Shown here: piece after piece, positions 1 through 10,792 of the stretch
Layout of the letters: every line of letters starts with the position of its first letter
How positions within the stretch are numbered: the stretch's first letter is position 1
NCBI GenBank assembly: GCA_036918135.1
Contig: JBALDB010000011.1
Location: forward strand, 32,001-96,000
Source: Nostoc sp.
GTDB lineage: Bacteria > Cyanobacteriota > Cyanobacteriia > Cyanobacteriales > Nostocaceae
DNA length: 64,000 nt
Direction of reading: 5' to 3'
Program-made: the position numbers and the translations under genes
The notes under the pieces: generated by a model
What the model saw: the letters and a program-made list of their open reading frames with translations, nothing else
The model's database searches: none
Told to the model about the DNA's origin: nothing

Positions 1-789
1 TGCGGCGATAATTCCCTGTTGGCGAGATTGAAAGACAACTTTTTCGCTGGATGTTCGTGCTGCGTTCGCCTCACTGATATATCCTTCTTGTACCATACGG
101 TTGAGGACATATTTTTGTCGTTGCTTAAGTCGTTCCCAATGTTCGTAAGGGTTAAAGTAAGTGGGATTATTAGGAATAGCAGCTAATAAACTAGCTTGGG
201 CAAGATTTAAATCACTCGCTGGAATGGAAAAATAAGTCCGCGCCGCAGCTTCCACACCATATATATTCCCTCCCATTGGCAGCCGATTGATATATGCAGT
301 GAGAATTTCATCTTTATTCATCCCCGCTACTAACCGCCAAGCTAGCCAAATTTCTTGCATTTTACCTGAGGGACTACGCAAGACAGGATTTAACATCCGC
401 GCCAACTGCATAGTAATTGTAGAAGCACCAGAAACAATTTGTTTGGCGTGAATAGCTTCTTTAATAGCGCGGACAATTGCTTTCATATCCAACGCGCCAT
501 GATGGTAAAAGCTACCATCTTCAGCAGCTAAAATTGCCTGGATAAACTGCGGCGAAACTTGATTTAGCCCAACTACTGATGTATGCTCTTGGTCGCGAGT
601 CAGCAACGTACCTAATGGTAAATTATTGCGATCGCTAAATTCCATTGCCAATTGATTTTGGGCGATATCTGCGGCACGAATCGGGGCAAAATAAGGTAGT
701 AGGCGCACCACCAGACAGATTAGCAGCACAGCCAGGATAATCTTACTGCTGTGGTTGATTTTGATTAGCGATCGTAAAATTCGTTTCAT
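1..789 (-). CDS. pbpC: Penicillin-binding protein 1C (N-terminal transglycosylase part; runs off the window edge)
   Basis: Not in the ORF track. Manual translation from ATG at 789 gives MKRILRSLIK...AILAAEDGSFYHHGALD...GASTITMQLARM (GT51 motifs). It is divergent from an alpha-2-macroglobulin gene, its usual partner. Confidence 0.9.
   Translation of the reverse strand, partial: MKRILRSLIKINHSSKIILAVLLICLVVRLLPYFAPIRAADIAQNQLAMEFSDRNNLPLGTLLTRDQEHTSVVGLNQVSPQFIQAILAAEDGSFYHHGALDMKAIVRAIKEAIHAKQIVSGASTITMQLARMLNPVLRSPSGKMQEIWLAWRLVAGMNKDEILTAYINRLPMGGNIYGVEAAARTYFSIPASDLNLAQASLLAAIPNNPTYFNPYEHWERLKQRQKYVLNRMVQEGYISEANAARTSSEKVVFQSRQQGIIAA
628..635. repeat. HIP1 octamer GCGATCGC (one example; many copies across the window)
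   Basis: The palindrome recurs throughout, e.g. 8101 and 11341; this is a cyanobacterial genome signature. Confidence 0.95.
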
Positions 790-1123
790 CAGTAGTTAAG
801 AAAACTTACCTTAATTCTGACGCACCCATTACATCTGTATCGGGAAATATGTCAAACACTTAATAATTAAGTTTTAATTAATTACCAGATAGAAATTAAT
901 ATTTGCAAAATTTAAATACTTCTTAATAGTTAAGAATTGTAGTTATTTCTGGGAACAATCATACTGAATTAGTTATCTATATAAAGAAATATATAATTCT
1001 TTATCAACCCTAAAACTCTCCTCTGAATTACTCTCTGCGCCTCTGCGTCTCTGCGTGATTTTTTCAACCGTAGAAACAAGATAGACTCAGAGAAAAAACC
1101 AGAGATTATGAATTACTAAAAAT

Positions 1124-4100
1124 ATGATTATCAGAACTTTCATCCAGTGTCTTCTTCTCCTTACACTTTTACTAGGAATATCAGGGTGTAACTTTTTTGG
1201 TATCACCTCAACCAAAGAACAACTCCCAACAGTCTCCCCACTCACCCCACCAAAACTACCAGACTGGATTGAACAAATAAGTCCTATTGGAGATGCTAAA
1301 CCCCTCAACCAAATCCGTATCCGCTTTAAAGAAGCCTTAATTCCAGTTGAAAGTCTAGACAGTCCAGAACAGCAGAAATTATTAGAAAAATTTGCACTTT
1401 GGCCGCCTTTACCTGGGCAATTTCGCTTTTTAACACCGCGTATGGTGGGATTTCAAGCTGAGAAAGCATTACCAAAAGCCACACGATTACAAGTTACCTT
1501 GAAAGCAGGTTTAGCAGATTTAAGAAATCATCGATTAGATAAAGATTTAGCTTGGACATTCAATACTGAATCTATTAACTTAACTAATTTACCCGGCGTT
1601 AATCCCATCGAAAAAGCTGACGCTGAACCTATTGACTTACAACAAAAGTTACAATTTACTTCCAATGTAAAATTAGATTTAGCTTCTGTACAAGAACATT
1701 TACAATTAACTCCAGAAGGCAAAAATCAGGGTGTACGTTTCCAAGTCGAATTAAATAAAGAAGAAAAACCATCCAAAGATGAAGAACCTTTAGAAAAATT
1801 TGACCCTTCCGCACGCAATTGGATTTATAACCTTACTCCACAACAAAATCTCGAAAAAGCAACCCGTTATCGCTTAGTATTTTCTCCTGGAATACTTCCT
1901 GCTTATGGCAATTTAGCAACAAATAAAGAATTTGCCACTAAGGTAGCAACTTATTCGCCTTTAGCATTTAAGCAAATTAACTTTTACGGACAGCCAGATG
2001 CAGCTGGAACCTATGGAAGATTTATTAAAGGTAGTCCCCAATTAGAATTTAATAACGTCTTAGTAGCAGATTCTGCAAAAGAAAATATTACCATTAATCC
2101 AGCACCAAAAGCTATTGCCAGAATTCTGCAAGTAAACGATGAAGATAAAATTATCGGTATCAATCCTTATGCACTAGAACCAGCCAAGACTTATACAATT
2201 ACTATTAATGGAAATCTTAAAGATAAATTTGGACAGACTTTAGGTAAACCTATCACAATCAAATACGAGACTGGAGATGTAGCCGGAGATATTTGGATAC
2301 CATCTGATTTAAATATTTTCCCAGCAGGTAAAAACTTACAGTTAAATATTAGTACGGTAAATTTGCCAGAATCGAAATATAAAGCAGCTTATCGAGTAGT
2401 TAAACCAACAGATTTAGTTTATTTTAACTATAGTAATGATTTATTACCAAAACCTTCCGAGTGGCAAAGTTTCAAAGTATCGTCTAAGAAAAATCAATCA
2501 GTTGACGTTGCTGTTCCTTTGCGAGAAAAAATAAATGCTGCTACAGGAATGTTAGCTTATGGAGTGCAAGCCCGCACGAATAAATATCAGGACAATGGTA
2601 AGGAATTGTGGCGGGAACCTACGACTTATGGCATGGTTGAATTGACGAATTTGGGCATATTTACTCAGTGGTTTCCTGAGTCAGGCTTAATTCGTGTCAA
2701 TCATCTTACAGATGGTTCGTCAGTGAAAGCGGCTAGTATTGAAATTTATCAATCAAAATTACAAGCAAAATCGCGTCCTGAACCTGTACCATGTGCAACC
2801 GGAAAAACTGATAAAAATGGTACTTTTATAGTTAATCACGAACAATTACAGCAATGTAACTCAGAAAATCAAAGTTCTGTAAAATCACCACAAGTATTAG
2901 TAATTGCCCGTGAAAATCAAGATTGGGCATTTGCAAGAACCGAAGAATATAGCGGCGTTTATGGCTACGGGATTGATGCGGGTTGGCAAGATAATAAGCC
3001 AGAATCACGCGGGGTAATTTTCTCTGATAGACAGTTATATCAACCAGGTGAAAAAGCTTGGTTGACTGGTTTTGCCGATTATTTACAAAATGGTGTAATT
3101 CAGCAAGATAAAAATGCTGCTTATCAATTAACTCTCCTCAACACCGATGGACAAAAGACTAATTTAGGCACGCAAACTACAAATGAGTTTGGTACATTTT
3201 CTCTAGAATTACCCATCCCAAAAACTCAACATTTAGGCTATTATACAATCCAGGCAAAAGCGAAGAATGGGCAAGAAATTTCTGGTGAATTTCGAGTAGC
3301 TGAGTTTAAACCACCCAATTTTAAAGTTGAACTCAATTTAGATAAAGAATTCGCTTTGATTGATGAGAAAGTTGATATTAAAGCTAGCAGCAATTATTTA
3401 TTTGGCGCACCTGTAGAGGGTGGAGAAGCGAAATACTTTATCACTCGCCAACAAGCTAATTTTATTCCCAAAGGTTGGGAAGAATTTACTTTTGGTAGGC
3501 AATGGTTTTGGCCAGAAGAATCTCCAACTGTATCTAGTGATGTGTTGCAAACTAATGCCCAACTAGATGCTAATGGTAAAAGTAGTCAAACGGTAACTAT
3601 AGCGAAGGATTTACCATATCCTATGACTTACCAAGTAGATGTACAAGTTGCAGATGTTTCTAATTTATCTGTCGCCAATTCTCAAACTTTTACAGCTTTA
3701 CCAAGTAATCGCCTGATAGGCTTAAAAAGCAATTTTATCGCTGATGCTGGTAAAGCTTTTCCCATTGAAGCGATTGTTACTGACCCTACAGGAAAACCGA
3801 TAACAGGTCAACGACTGCGACTAGAATTACAACAGATAAAATACAGCAGCGTCACACAATTAGTTGAAGGTAGTCAAACGCCAAAAAATCAAGTTGAATA
3901 TAAAACAGTCCAACAAGCAGAAATTACATCTGCGAGTAGTCCGCAATCAGTAAATTTAACACCTCCCGAATCTGGTTCATACCGAATTAGAGCTAATTTT
4001 AGCGATGACAAAGGCGAAATCTGCGCCACAGATTTACAAATTTGGGCAACTGGAGAAAATCCAGTATTTTGGGGTTCGAGAGAAAAAGATGTTTTAGAAG

Positions 4101-6844
4101 TTAAGCTGGATAAAAAAGAGTTTAAACCTGGTGAAACTGCTACTGCATTAATTCAATCTCCCTATCAAGATGCAGAATTATACTTTGCTGTTATCAAAGA
4201 CAAACCTCTTTATCAGCAAATTACCAAAGTTCAGGGAAGCGCACCACAAATTAAATTCCAAGTTACGCCAGAAATGCTGCCAAATGCAGCCATCGAAGCT
4301 GTATTAGTCAGGCAAGGTAAACCGATTAACCAAGTAGAAGCAGGAAGTTTAGATAATTTGGTGAAAATTGGTTTTACGCCTTTTAAAGTTAACTTGGAAG
4401 ATAAGTATTTAAAACTACAAGTTAAGCCATTACAAGCATCATTAGAACCTGGTGCCCAGGAAACAGTACAACTAGAATTAAAGGACAATCAAGGAAATCC
4501 CGCCCAAGGACAATTTACAGTCATGGTGGTGAATGAAGCGGTGTTACAACTTTCTGGTTATCGTCCGCCGAATTTGGTAGATACAGTTTATGCAGAACAG
4601 CCGATTTCTACCCGTTTTAGCGATAATCGACCAGATGTCATCTTACAACCACAAGATGTGGCGAAACCCAAAGGTTGGGGTTATGGCGGTGGTTTTTCAA
4701 CAGGTGCAGCAAATACTCGCACTCGCACGGATTTTCAAGCCTTAGCTTACTATAACGGTTCTGTCCTTACCGATGCTAATGGTAATGCACAGGTAACCTT
4801 TAAATTACCGGATGACTTAACTACATGGCGAGTGATGGCTGTCGCCACGGATGGAAATCTGCGTTTTGGTAATGGCGATGCGACGTTTATCAGCACTAAA
4901 CCACTGTTAACTAATGCCATCTTGCCACAGTTTGCCCGTCCAGGCGATCGCATTCTCGCTGGTTTATCTGTCACCAACAACACTGGGAACACAGGAAATC
5001 TCTCAATTAATGGCGAACTTGGCGGTACGGTTAAATTCGCCGACAAAAACCCCACAACTGCTGCTTTACAAACCAAAGCTGAATCTGCAACTCACGCTTA
5101 TCGCTTTCCAATGGTGGCGGATAGCGTCGGAGTCGGGAAAGTTCGCTTTACCACTCAGCTAAATAATACAGCCGCGGATGCTTTTGAAGTACCTTTAGAA
5201 ATTAAGCCAATTGAAATTACCGAACAAGTTGTGGAAACTGGTGTAACTGCAAAACAAATAAAAATTCCCTTGAATGTTGATAAAAATACCTTCCCTGACG
5301 CAGGAGGTTTAGATATTCAATTGGCGAGTACTTTAATTCCCGAAATTAAAGCACCAGCAAAGCAGGTTTTAGAAGATAATGATTTACCTTTTGCAGAACC
5401 AGCGGCGAGTCAGTTAATAATTGCTGCTAATCTGCAAACTATTGCCCAAAAGTATGGTCAAATATTTGCAGATTTTAATCCCAGCCAACAAGCAAATCAA
5501 GCAATTGAACAATTACAAAAACTGCAAATCGCCGATGGTGGTTTCGCTGCTTTTCCAGGACAAGAAAAATCTGACCCTTGGGTTTCTGCATATACGGCTG
5601 AATCTCTGGTAAAAGCAAATCAGGCGTTTCCTAATTTAGTTGATTCTGCAATGCTGTCTCGTCTAAAAACTTATTTACAAAAAGTTCTAGCCAACCCCGG
5701 AGAATACGATTTTTGTAAACAACTACTATGTAAAAGACAACTGCAACTGAATGCTTTAATTGCTTTTGCAGAATTAGGTGAAAAACGCAATACCTTCCTG
5801 GGAGATATTTACGAACAGCACAATAATTTTGATTTAGTCACTCAAATTAAACTAGCGCGATATTTATCTCAATTTCCAGAATGGCAAGACGAATCTCAAC
5901 AATTAGCAAACAAACTGCAACAGAATATCTATGAAACTGGCCGCACAGCAGTTGTAAGTTTACCATCTAGTTGGGGATGGATGAGTTCGTCTACGGCAAC
6001 GCAGGCAGAAGCTTTACGTTTATTTATTGCCAAACAAACTAAACCCGAAGTCATAGATAAGTTATTCCAAAGTCTTCTGGCACTGCGACGGAATGGGACA
6101 TGGCAAACTAACTATAATAATGCCCAAGCATTAACAGCTTTGGTAGATTATAGCCAACTACAACCCACACCACCGAATTTTGTTGCCACAGTACAATTAG
6201 CTGGGAAAAAGTTAGGAGAAAATCGCTTTCAAGGCTACAAAAATCTTAGCTTACAGCTGAATGTACCGATGAATCAATTACCTCGTGGGCGTCACGATTT
6301 AACACTACAAAAATCAGGTAATGGCAGTTTACATTATCTGGTTGCTTATAATTATCGCTTGCAAGGAAATCAACCAGGCAGGTTTAATGGGTTACGCATA
6401 ACGCGAGAAGTTAGTCAAGTAAATGAAGAAAAAGTTTTACAAAAAACAGGGCTTTATGCTTTGGATAAACCCTTGACTTTAGCCCCTGGACAAGTGTTTG
6501 ATATTGGTTTAGAAATCATCGCCGATCGCCCCGTAGACCATATAGTAATTAAAGACCCGCTACCAGCAGGTTTTGAAGCGGTAGATGCGAGTTTTCAAAC
6601 TGCTACGGCTGCATTACAAGCAAAAGCCGATAGCTGGGAACTTGGGTTTAGGAATATTTATCGCGATCGCATTATCGCCTACGCCGACCATCTGGAACCA
6701 GGAGTTTATAGCCTGCATTATTTAGTCCGTTCTGTAACACCTGGGACATATTCTTGGCCTGGTGCCCAAGTTCACCTGCAATATGCACCAGAAGAATTTG
6801 GGCGTACTGCTGAGTCTACATTAATATTAGAGGAAAATAAGTAA
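1124..6844 (+). CDS. Bacterial alpha-2-macroglobulin family lipoprotein (YfhM/YfaS-like)
   Basis: 1906 aa; lipobox-like ISGC; motifs SDRQLYQPGE, FKLPDDLTTWRVMAVA, DPLPAGFEAVD, YLVRSVTPG; adjacent to pbpC. Confidence 0.93.
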   Translation: MIIRTFIQCLLLLTLLLGISGCNFFGITSTKEQLPTVSPLTPPKLPDWIEQISPIGDAKPLNQIRIRFKEALIPVESLDSPEQQKLLEKFALWPPLPGQFRFLTPRMVGFQAEKALPKATRLQVTLKAGLADLRNHRLDKDLAWTFNTESINLTNLPGVNPIEKADAEPIDLQQKLQFTSNVKLDLASVQEHLQLTPEGKNQGVRFQVELNKEEKPSKDEEPLEKFDPSARNWIYNLTPQQNLEKATRYRLVFSPGILPAYGNLATNKEFATKVATYSPLAFKQINFYGQPDAAGTYGRFIKGSPQLEFNNVLVADSAKENITINPAPKAIARILQVNDEDKIIGINPYALEPAKTYTITINGNLKDKFGQTLGKPITIKYETGDVAGDIWIPSDLNIFPAGKNLQLNISTVNLPESKYKAAYRVVKPTDLVYFNYSNDLLPKPSEWQSFKVSSKKNQSVDVAVPLREKINAATGMLAYGVQARTNKYQDNGKELWREPTTYGMVELTNLGIFTQWFPESGLIRVNHLTDGSSVKAASIEIYQSKLQAKSRPEPVPCATGKTDKNGTFIVNHEQLQQCNSENQSSVKSPQVLVIARENQDWAFARTEEYSGVYGYGIDAGWQDNKPESRGVIFSDRQLYQPGEKAWLTGFADYLQNGVIQQDKNAAYQLTLLNTDGQKTNLGTQTTNEFGTFSLELPIPKTQHLGYYTIQAKAKNGQEISGEFRVAEFKPPNFKVELNLDKEFALIDEKVDIKASSNYLFGAPVEGGEAKYFITRQQANFIPKGWEEFTFGRQWFWPEESPTVSSDVLQTNAQLDANGKSSQTVTIAKDLPYPMTYQVDVQVADVSNLSVANSQTFTALPSNRLIGLKSNFIADAGKAFPIEAIVTDPTGKPITGQRLRLELQQIKYSSVTQLVEGSQTPKNQVEYKTVQQAEITSASSPQSVNLTPPESGSYRIRANFSDDKGEICATDLQIWATGENPVFWGSREKDVLEVKLDKKEFKPGETATALIQSPYQDAELYFAVIKDKPLYQQITKVQGSAPQIKFQVTPEMLPNAAIEAVLVRQGKPINQVEAGSLDNLVKIGFTPFKVNLEDKYLKLQVKPLQASLEPGAQETVQLELKDNQGNPAQGQFTVMVVNEAVLQLSGYRPPNLVDTVYAEQPISTRFSDNRPDVILQPQDVAKPKGWGYGGGFSTGAANTRTRTDFQALAYYNGSVLTDANGNAQVTFKLPDDLTTWRVMAVATDGNLRFGNGDATFISTKPLLTNAILPQFARPGDRILAGLSVTNNTGNTGNLSINGELGGTVKFADKNPTTAALQTKAESATHAYRFPMVADSVGVGKVRFTTQLNNTAADAFEVPLEIKPIEITEQVVETGVTAKQIKIPLNVDKNTFPDAGGLDIQLASTLIPEIKAPAKQVLEDNDLPFAEPAASQLIIAANLQTIAQKYGQIFADFNPSQQANQAIEQLQKLQIADGGFAAFPGQEKSDPWVSAYTAESLVKANQAFPNLVDSAMLSRLKTYLQKVLANPGEYDFCKQLLCKRQLQLNALIAFAELGEKRNTFLGDIYEQHNNFDLVTQIKLARYLSQFPEWQDESQQLANKLQQNIYETGRTAVVSLPSSWGWMSSSTATQAEALRLFIAKQTKPEVIDKLFQSLLALRRNGTWQTNYNNAQALTALVDYSQLQPTPPNFVATVQLAGKKLGENRFQGYKNLSLQLNVPMNQLPRGRHDLTLQKSGNGSLHYLVAYNYRLQGNQPGRFNGLRITREVSQVNEEKVLQKTGLYALDKPLTLAPGQVFDIGLEIIADRPVDHIVIKDPLPAGFEAVDASFQTATAALQAKADSWELGFRNIYRDRIIAYADHLEPGVYSLHYLVRSVTPGTYSWPGAQVHLQYAPEEFGRTAESTLILEENK

Positions 6845-6904
6845 TAATTGTCGCGATCGCAATTGTTGTTGAATTCAGCAAACCTTATTTTTAATTGTGG
6901 AAAA

Positions 6905-7273
6905 ATGAGTCAGATTCACCAGTTGCATAAACAAGCAATGGATTTGGCCGAAGCAGCTTTCACTGTTAAACTCAGAGGTAACCTAGAGCAAGCCAATCAG
7001 CTATCTCAACAAGCCTTTGAGAAAGAATCTCAAGCAGCTGGACTGATTGCTAATCAACTTGATGCCGAACCGACTCGTTCAGTTTTACATCGCAGTGCTG
7101 CAACTCTGGCAATTGACTGTGGTGAATTTCAAGCAGCAGAACGTTTGATTGCGATCGCATTATCAGGAAATCCACCTCAAGAAATTGCTGAAGAATTAAA
7201 AGATTTATTCATTAAAATAAATTTACACCCATATTTAGAACGTCACGGCTTACTTTTAATGAAAAAAAGTTGA
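6905..7273 (+). CDS. Hypothetical helical protein
   Basis: ORF from ATG 6905 (MSQIHQLHKQAMDLAE...EPTRSVLHRSAATLAIDC); helical, function unknown. Confidence 0.6.
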   Translation: MSQIHQLHKQAMDLAEAAFTVKLRGNLEQANQLSQQAFEKESQAAGLIANQLDAEPTRSVLHRSAATLAIDCGEFQAAERLIAIALSGNPPQEIAEELKDLFIKINLHPYLERHGLLLMKKS

Positions 7274-7424
7274 TGAATCTGACGGTACGATAAACTGTCA
7301 CCCCACCACCAATAAAAACAGTAAGTATACATCCGGATTTCATATGATTGGAGTAAAGCCGCCAAATTTGTTGTAGAAATCGATTTTTTACTAAATGAAA
7401 AAGCTAGTGCCAGCAAGAGATAAA

Positions 7425-7517
7425 TATAGCTGTAGTCACACCCGTTAGGACAAAATGACAAGTGTGAATGCTAGGAATAGTAATAGTTTTACCTCCTGCC
7501 CCCTGCCTCCTGCTATA
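7425..7517. mobile_element. 93-bp MITE-like dispersed element, copy 1
   Basis: TATAGC...GCTATA ends; colinear similar copy of the same length at 36451-36543. Confidence 0.65.
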
Positions 7518-7523
7518 TATCAA

Positions 7524-8837
7524 TTACCCTTTGACTTTTAATAGTAGTCTAGTCTCATTAGCGGCTGATTGCATTGCATTCTCAGGAGTCATGCGATTTG
7601 TGAGTGCAGCACTCAAATAACGTTGCAAAATATCTGATGCTTGAGCATATTGGGCAATGGACGGACGTAAAACGCTTTTATCGGCTATCTTGAGTATTTG
7701 AGGATAATGAGGATATTTGCTGACAACTTGTGGGTCTGTAAACAGCGAACGTTGGCTTGGTACAAAACCCGATTTAAAAATAAATTCGCGCTGTGTTTCT
7801 TCACTGGTAAAGAATTGAATTGCTTTCCAAGCTTCTTGAGGATGTTTTGAAGATTTGCTAATTCCTAAACCAAAACCACCTAAACACGCTGCTGGACTGT
7901 TGCCAGGAGTAGCAACCATTGGTTTCATGGCTATTTTATCTTTTACAGGGGAGTCATCAGCATTGGCTAAAGGCCAAACATAAGGCCAACTTCGTAAAAA
8001 TGCTGCTTGACCGCTTTGAAATATGCGTCTTGTATCTTCTTCAATATATGTTGTGACTCCGGGTGGAGAAATTCCTTGTTCAATAGTATCTTTGAGAAAA
8101 GCGATCGCTTTTAATGTCTCAAGTCTATCTAACCCTACTTCTAAATTATTAGGATTCATCCAAAATCCACCGAAACCTTGCAAGACTTCCAAAAACATGG
8201 CAACTAGTCCTTCAGACTGGCGACCTTGCCAAAGGTAACCCCACTTAACTTTTCTTTGCTCTTGTAATGACTGAGATATTCTCAGTAAATCTGCGAATGT
8301 TTCTGGTGGTTGAAAACCTGCTTGTTCGAGCAAGTCTTTGCGGTAGTAGAGAACTCCAGCAGTAGCATACATCGGAATTCTGTAGAGTTTACCTTCGTAA
8401 CGTCCGGCTTCTATGTGTGCAGGAAAAAATTTTGCTAACTCTTCTTTTGGTAAGCGATCGCTTAAATCTAACAACCAGCCAGCAGCAGCAAACTTAGGCG
8501 TCCAAATGACATCCATCAATACCATGTCATAGGGAGAATCTCCTAAGATATATGCTGAAGTCAGCAGGTCTTCTTGTAAATTTGATGTACTCGGCCCTTC
8601 AATAATATTGATATGAATGCCCGGATTTGTTGCTTCAAAGTCCTTGATAATGCTTTCCTTCCAAAGTTCGCCATCACTAGCATTCATCATCAGATTCAAG
8701 ACTACTAGTTCTTCTGATATGGCTGGCGGCGTGGAAAGCAAAAAGATGCCCAATACAATAGCAAAAAATATTCCTACACGCCATTTGAGTTGTTGGAAGA
8801 TTTTATGCTGTTGTTTTGTTTGTTTGATGTGAGACAT
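7524..8837 (-). CDS. Carbohydrate ABC transporter substrate-binding protein
   Basis: SBP_bac_1-type motifs DVIWTPKFAAAGWL, LYYRKDLL, FLRSWPY, GGFGLGI; N-terminal hydrophobic segment. Confidence 0.88.
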   Translation of the reverse strand: MSHIKQTKQQHKIFQQLKWRVGIFFAIVLGIFLLSTPPAISEELVVLNLMMNASDGELWKESIIKDFEATNPGIHINIIEGPSTSNLQEDLLTSAYILGDSPYDMVLMDVIWTPKFAAAGWLLDLSDRLPKEELAKFFPAHIEAGRYEGKLYRIPMYATAGVLYYRKDLLEQAGFQPPETFADLLRISQSLQEQRKVKWGYLWQGRQSEGLVAMFLEVLQGFGGFWMNPNNLEVGLDRLETLKAIAFLKDTIEQGISPPGVTTYIEEDTRRIFQSGQAAFLRSWPYVWPLANADDSPVKDKIAMKPMVATPGNSPAACLGGFGLGISKSSKHPQEAWKAIQFFTSEETQREFIFKSGFVPSQRSLFTDPQVVSKYPHYPQILKIADKSVLRPSIAQYAQASDILQRYLSAALTNRMTPENAMQSAANETRLLLKVKG

Positions 8838-8899
8838 TTTTAGCAAAACATCTTTATTATCAAATTTGTACTTCTAGATTCTTGATTCTTAAATTATAG

Positions 8900-9775
8900 C
8901 TACTCCCAGTAACCCCAAAAATCTTGATGTGTGACATTACAACTAAGTTGGTTTTGAGCAATCATCTGTTGTTTTTTTTGCAACCAGGTGTTTAGCTCAT
9001 GCTCTAAAGTTGCTTCTTCCAGAATCTCTGGAATTGATTCTTCCATAAACCTTAACATGAACTGAAGAAAGACAGCATCGCTGCTACTAATTTCCCACGG
9101 ACTTTCTCCTTGTATTACCTTCATATCGATACGTTTCATTACCTCCTCCATAGAACCACCGCAGTCAGGCCCCATCCCCCTGCCGAAGTCTTGAGAGCGC
9201 TGCATGTGCTGATTGTAGTATCCTATAAAGGAAGAATCACCCTCATTTTGAGGAATAAAATTTGTGCCAGTATAGTTAACAGTCGCTAGCAGCGGCAATT
9301 GGTACTTTTTTAAACATTCCAGTAATGTTTGAAATTGCTTTTCGCTAAATAAATCGAACACTGCATTGGCGACAGCTAAATCTAAAGTATTTAAGTCTAT
9401 GAGATTCTCCAGATCCAAAATAGAGCCGACAATTCTGTGGATAGTAATTTTATAGACTTCATTTTTTAAGACTAATATTGAGTCTTGCAATTGTGACTCA
9501 TATCCATTTTCCTGTGCCCAGACGATTAGCCTATCAAAGGCGATTTCTAAATGTTCTTGATTTTGTTCGACCAAAAACCACTCCTGATCCTGGAAAATCT
9601 TACTCAGGTAGTAGCGACAGTTAGCACCCGTACCAGCTCCTAAATCAACGATTTTAAGGCTTTTGCGCTTTTTCAGGTATTGTTGGCAGCTTGCTTCCAC
9701 AGTTAAGTTACGCCCCTTGGCATCATAGGGAATACGCAATTCTAGCCATTCGGCAAATTTATCATTTTTATTCAT
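8900..9775 (-). CDS. Class I SAM-dependent methyltransferase
   Basis: SAM motif IVDLGAGTGAN and ANAVFDL; likely start MNKNDKF at 9775. Confidence 0.82.
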   Translation of the reverse strand: MNKNDKFAEWLELRIPYDAKGRNLTVEASCQQYLKKRKSLKIVDLGAGTGANCRYYLSKIFQDQEWFLVEQNQEHLEIAFDRLIVWAQENGYESQLQDSILVLKNEVYKITIHRIVGSILDLENLIDLNTLDLAVANAVFDLFSEKQFQTLLECLKKYQLPLLATVNYTGTNFIPQNEGDSSFIGYYNQHMQRSQDFGRGMGPDCGGSMEEVMKRIDMKVIQGESPWEISSSDAVFLQFMLRFMEESIPEILEEATLEHELNTWLQKKQQMIAQNQLSCNVTHQDFWGYWE

Positions 9776-9955
9776 TGGACTTCTTGCAAAGAAAAGAATT
9801 TTGGTTTTTAAAGAAAAAATTTCCACAAAAGCAGATAAAATGCTTGCTGAATTTTAGCAACCATTAAATCAAGATTTAGAATTATTTATTGAAATAAAAG
9901 TACACTAGGTAAACTATCCGCCATTAACACTTTTCAGGGTAAAGTAACGGGTAGT

Positions 9956-10726
9956 TTACACGGTATCGAGAGTTAGCAGAGAACGTGCATATACATCACC
10001 AGAGTTTGCATCGACAGGCAAGCTTTTGAGTTGAGCGGCCATTTCCTGAGAATTAAACCAATTAGCTGACTGCAATTGATAGGATTCGCCGAACTTTGCA
10101 GGTTTCCAGTTGAATTCATAAGGCCCCAAAGAATTCAATTGTTCAATGCAAGCTAGAGCAATGTTTATTGCACTCGGAGTGTATTCAAACGAAAGGGCAC
10201 GAATAGGTTGCGACAAGCCACGCAGAACTTCGAGTTCGTGACCCTCAACATCAATCTTGCAAAAAGCTGGCTTACCATACTGGGCGATGAGGCTATCAAT
10301 GGTTGTTACCGAAACAGACACGGTTGTATCCCAGCGCACATGAGCAAAAGAGTCAACCTGTTGGACAGCTTGCATCCAGTCACGGGAGAGGGTGGTTACA
10401 GTTGGGGTACGTTGGCTCACCAATAAGTCTTGCGTCCCAGGAACTAAGCCAACAGCTTGTTCGACAAGGGTAATCTGAGAATTATTGCCGTACCAGCGTT
10501 TCAAAAGTTGCATACACTGAGGTTGAGGCTCGATGCCAATAACGCGGGCACCAAGACGAGACAAGGCAAGAAGATGATTGCCAACATGGGAACCAATGTC
10601 AAAACAAAGGTCGCCTGGTTGGACAAACAGTGAATAAAAGCCGGATAACTGACGGATGCGAAAGGGAATACCGTAGTACATTATTAATGAGCGAAGAATC
10701 CCCATTTGCTGCGATAAAGATGACAT
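9956..10726 (-). CDS. FkbM family methyltransferase
   Basis: FDIGSHVG, IEPQP, KIDVEGHELEVLRG motifs. Confidence 0.9.
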   Translation of the reverse strand: MSSLSQQMGILRSLIMYYGIPFRIRQLSGFYSLFVQPGDLCFDIGSHVGNHLLALSRLGARVIGIEPQPQCMQLLKRWYGNNSQITLVEQAVGLVPGTQDLLVSQRTPTVTTLSRDWMQAVQQVDSFAHVRWDTTVSVSVTTIDSLIAQYGKPAFCKIDVEGHELEVLRGLSQPIRALSFEYTPSAINIALACIEQLNSLGPYEFNWKPAKFGESYQLQSANWFNSQEMAAQLKSLPVDANSGDVYARSLLTLDTV

Positions 10727-10792
10727 GTTAATTGTTTCCTGCTGATGATTCAGTAGTTTTAGTGATTGAGGAAATATTAAGATTTTTAGTAA

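Noticed and set aside
1..6844. pbpC / alpha-2-macroglobulin pair as a new system
   Set aside because: This gene pairing is well known; only the divergent orientation is slightly notable.
7230..7300. Possible frameshift truncating the 6905-7273 protein
   Set aside because: The alternative frame also stops within about 15 codons; this cannot be supported without homologue alignment.
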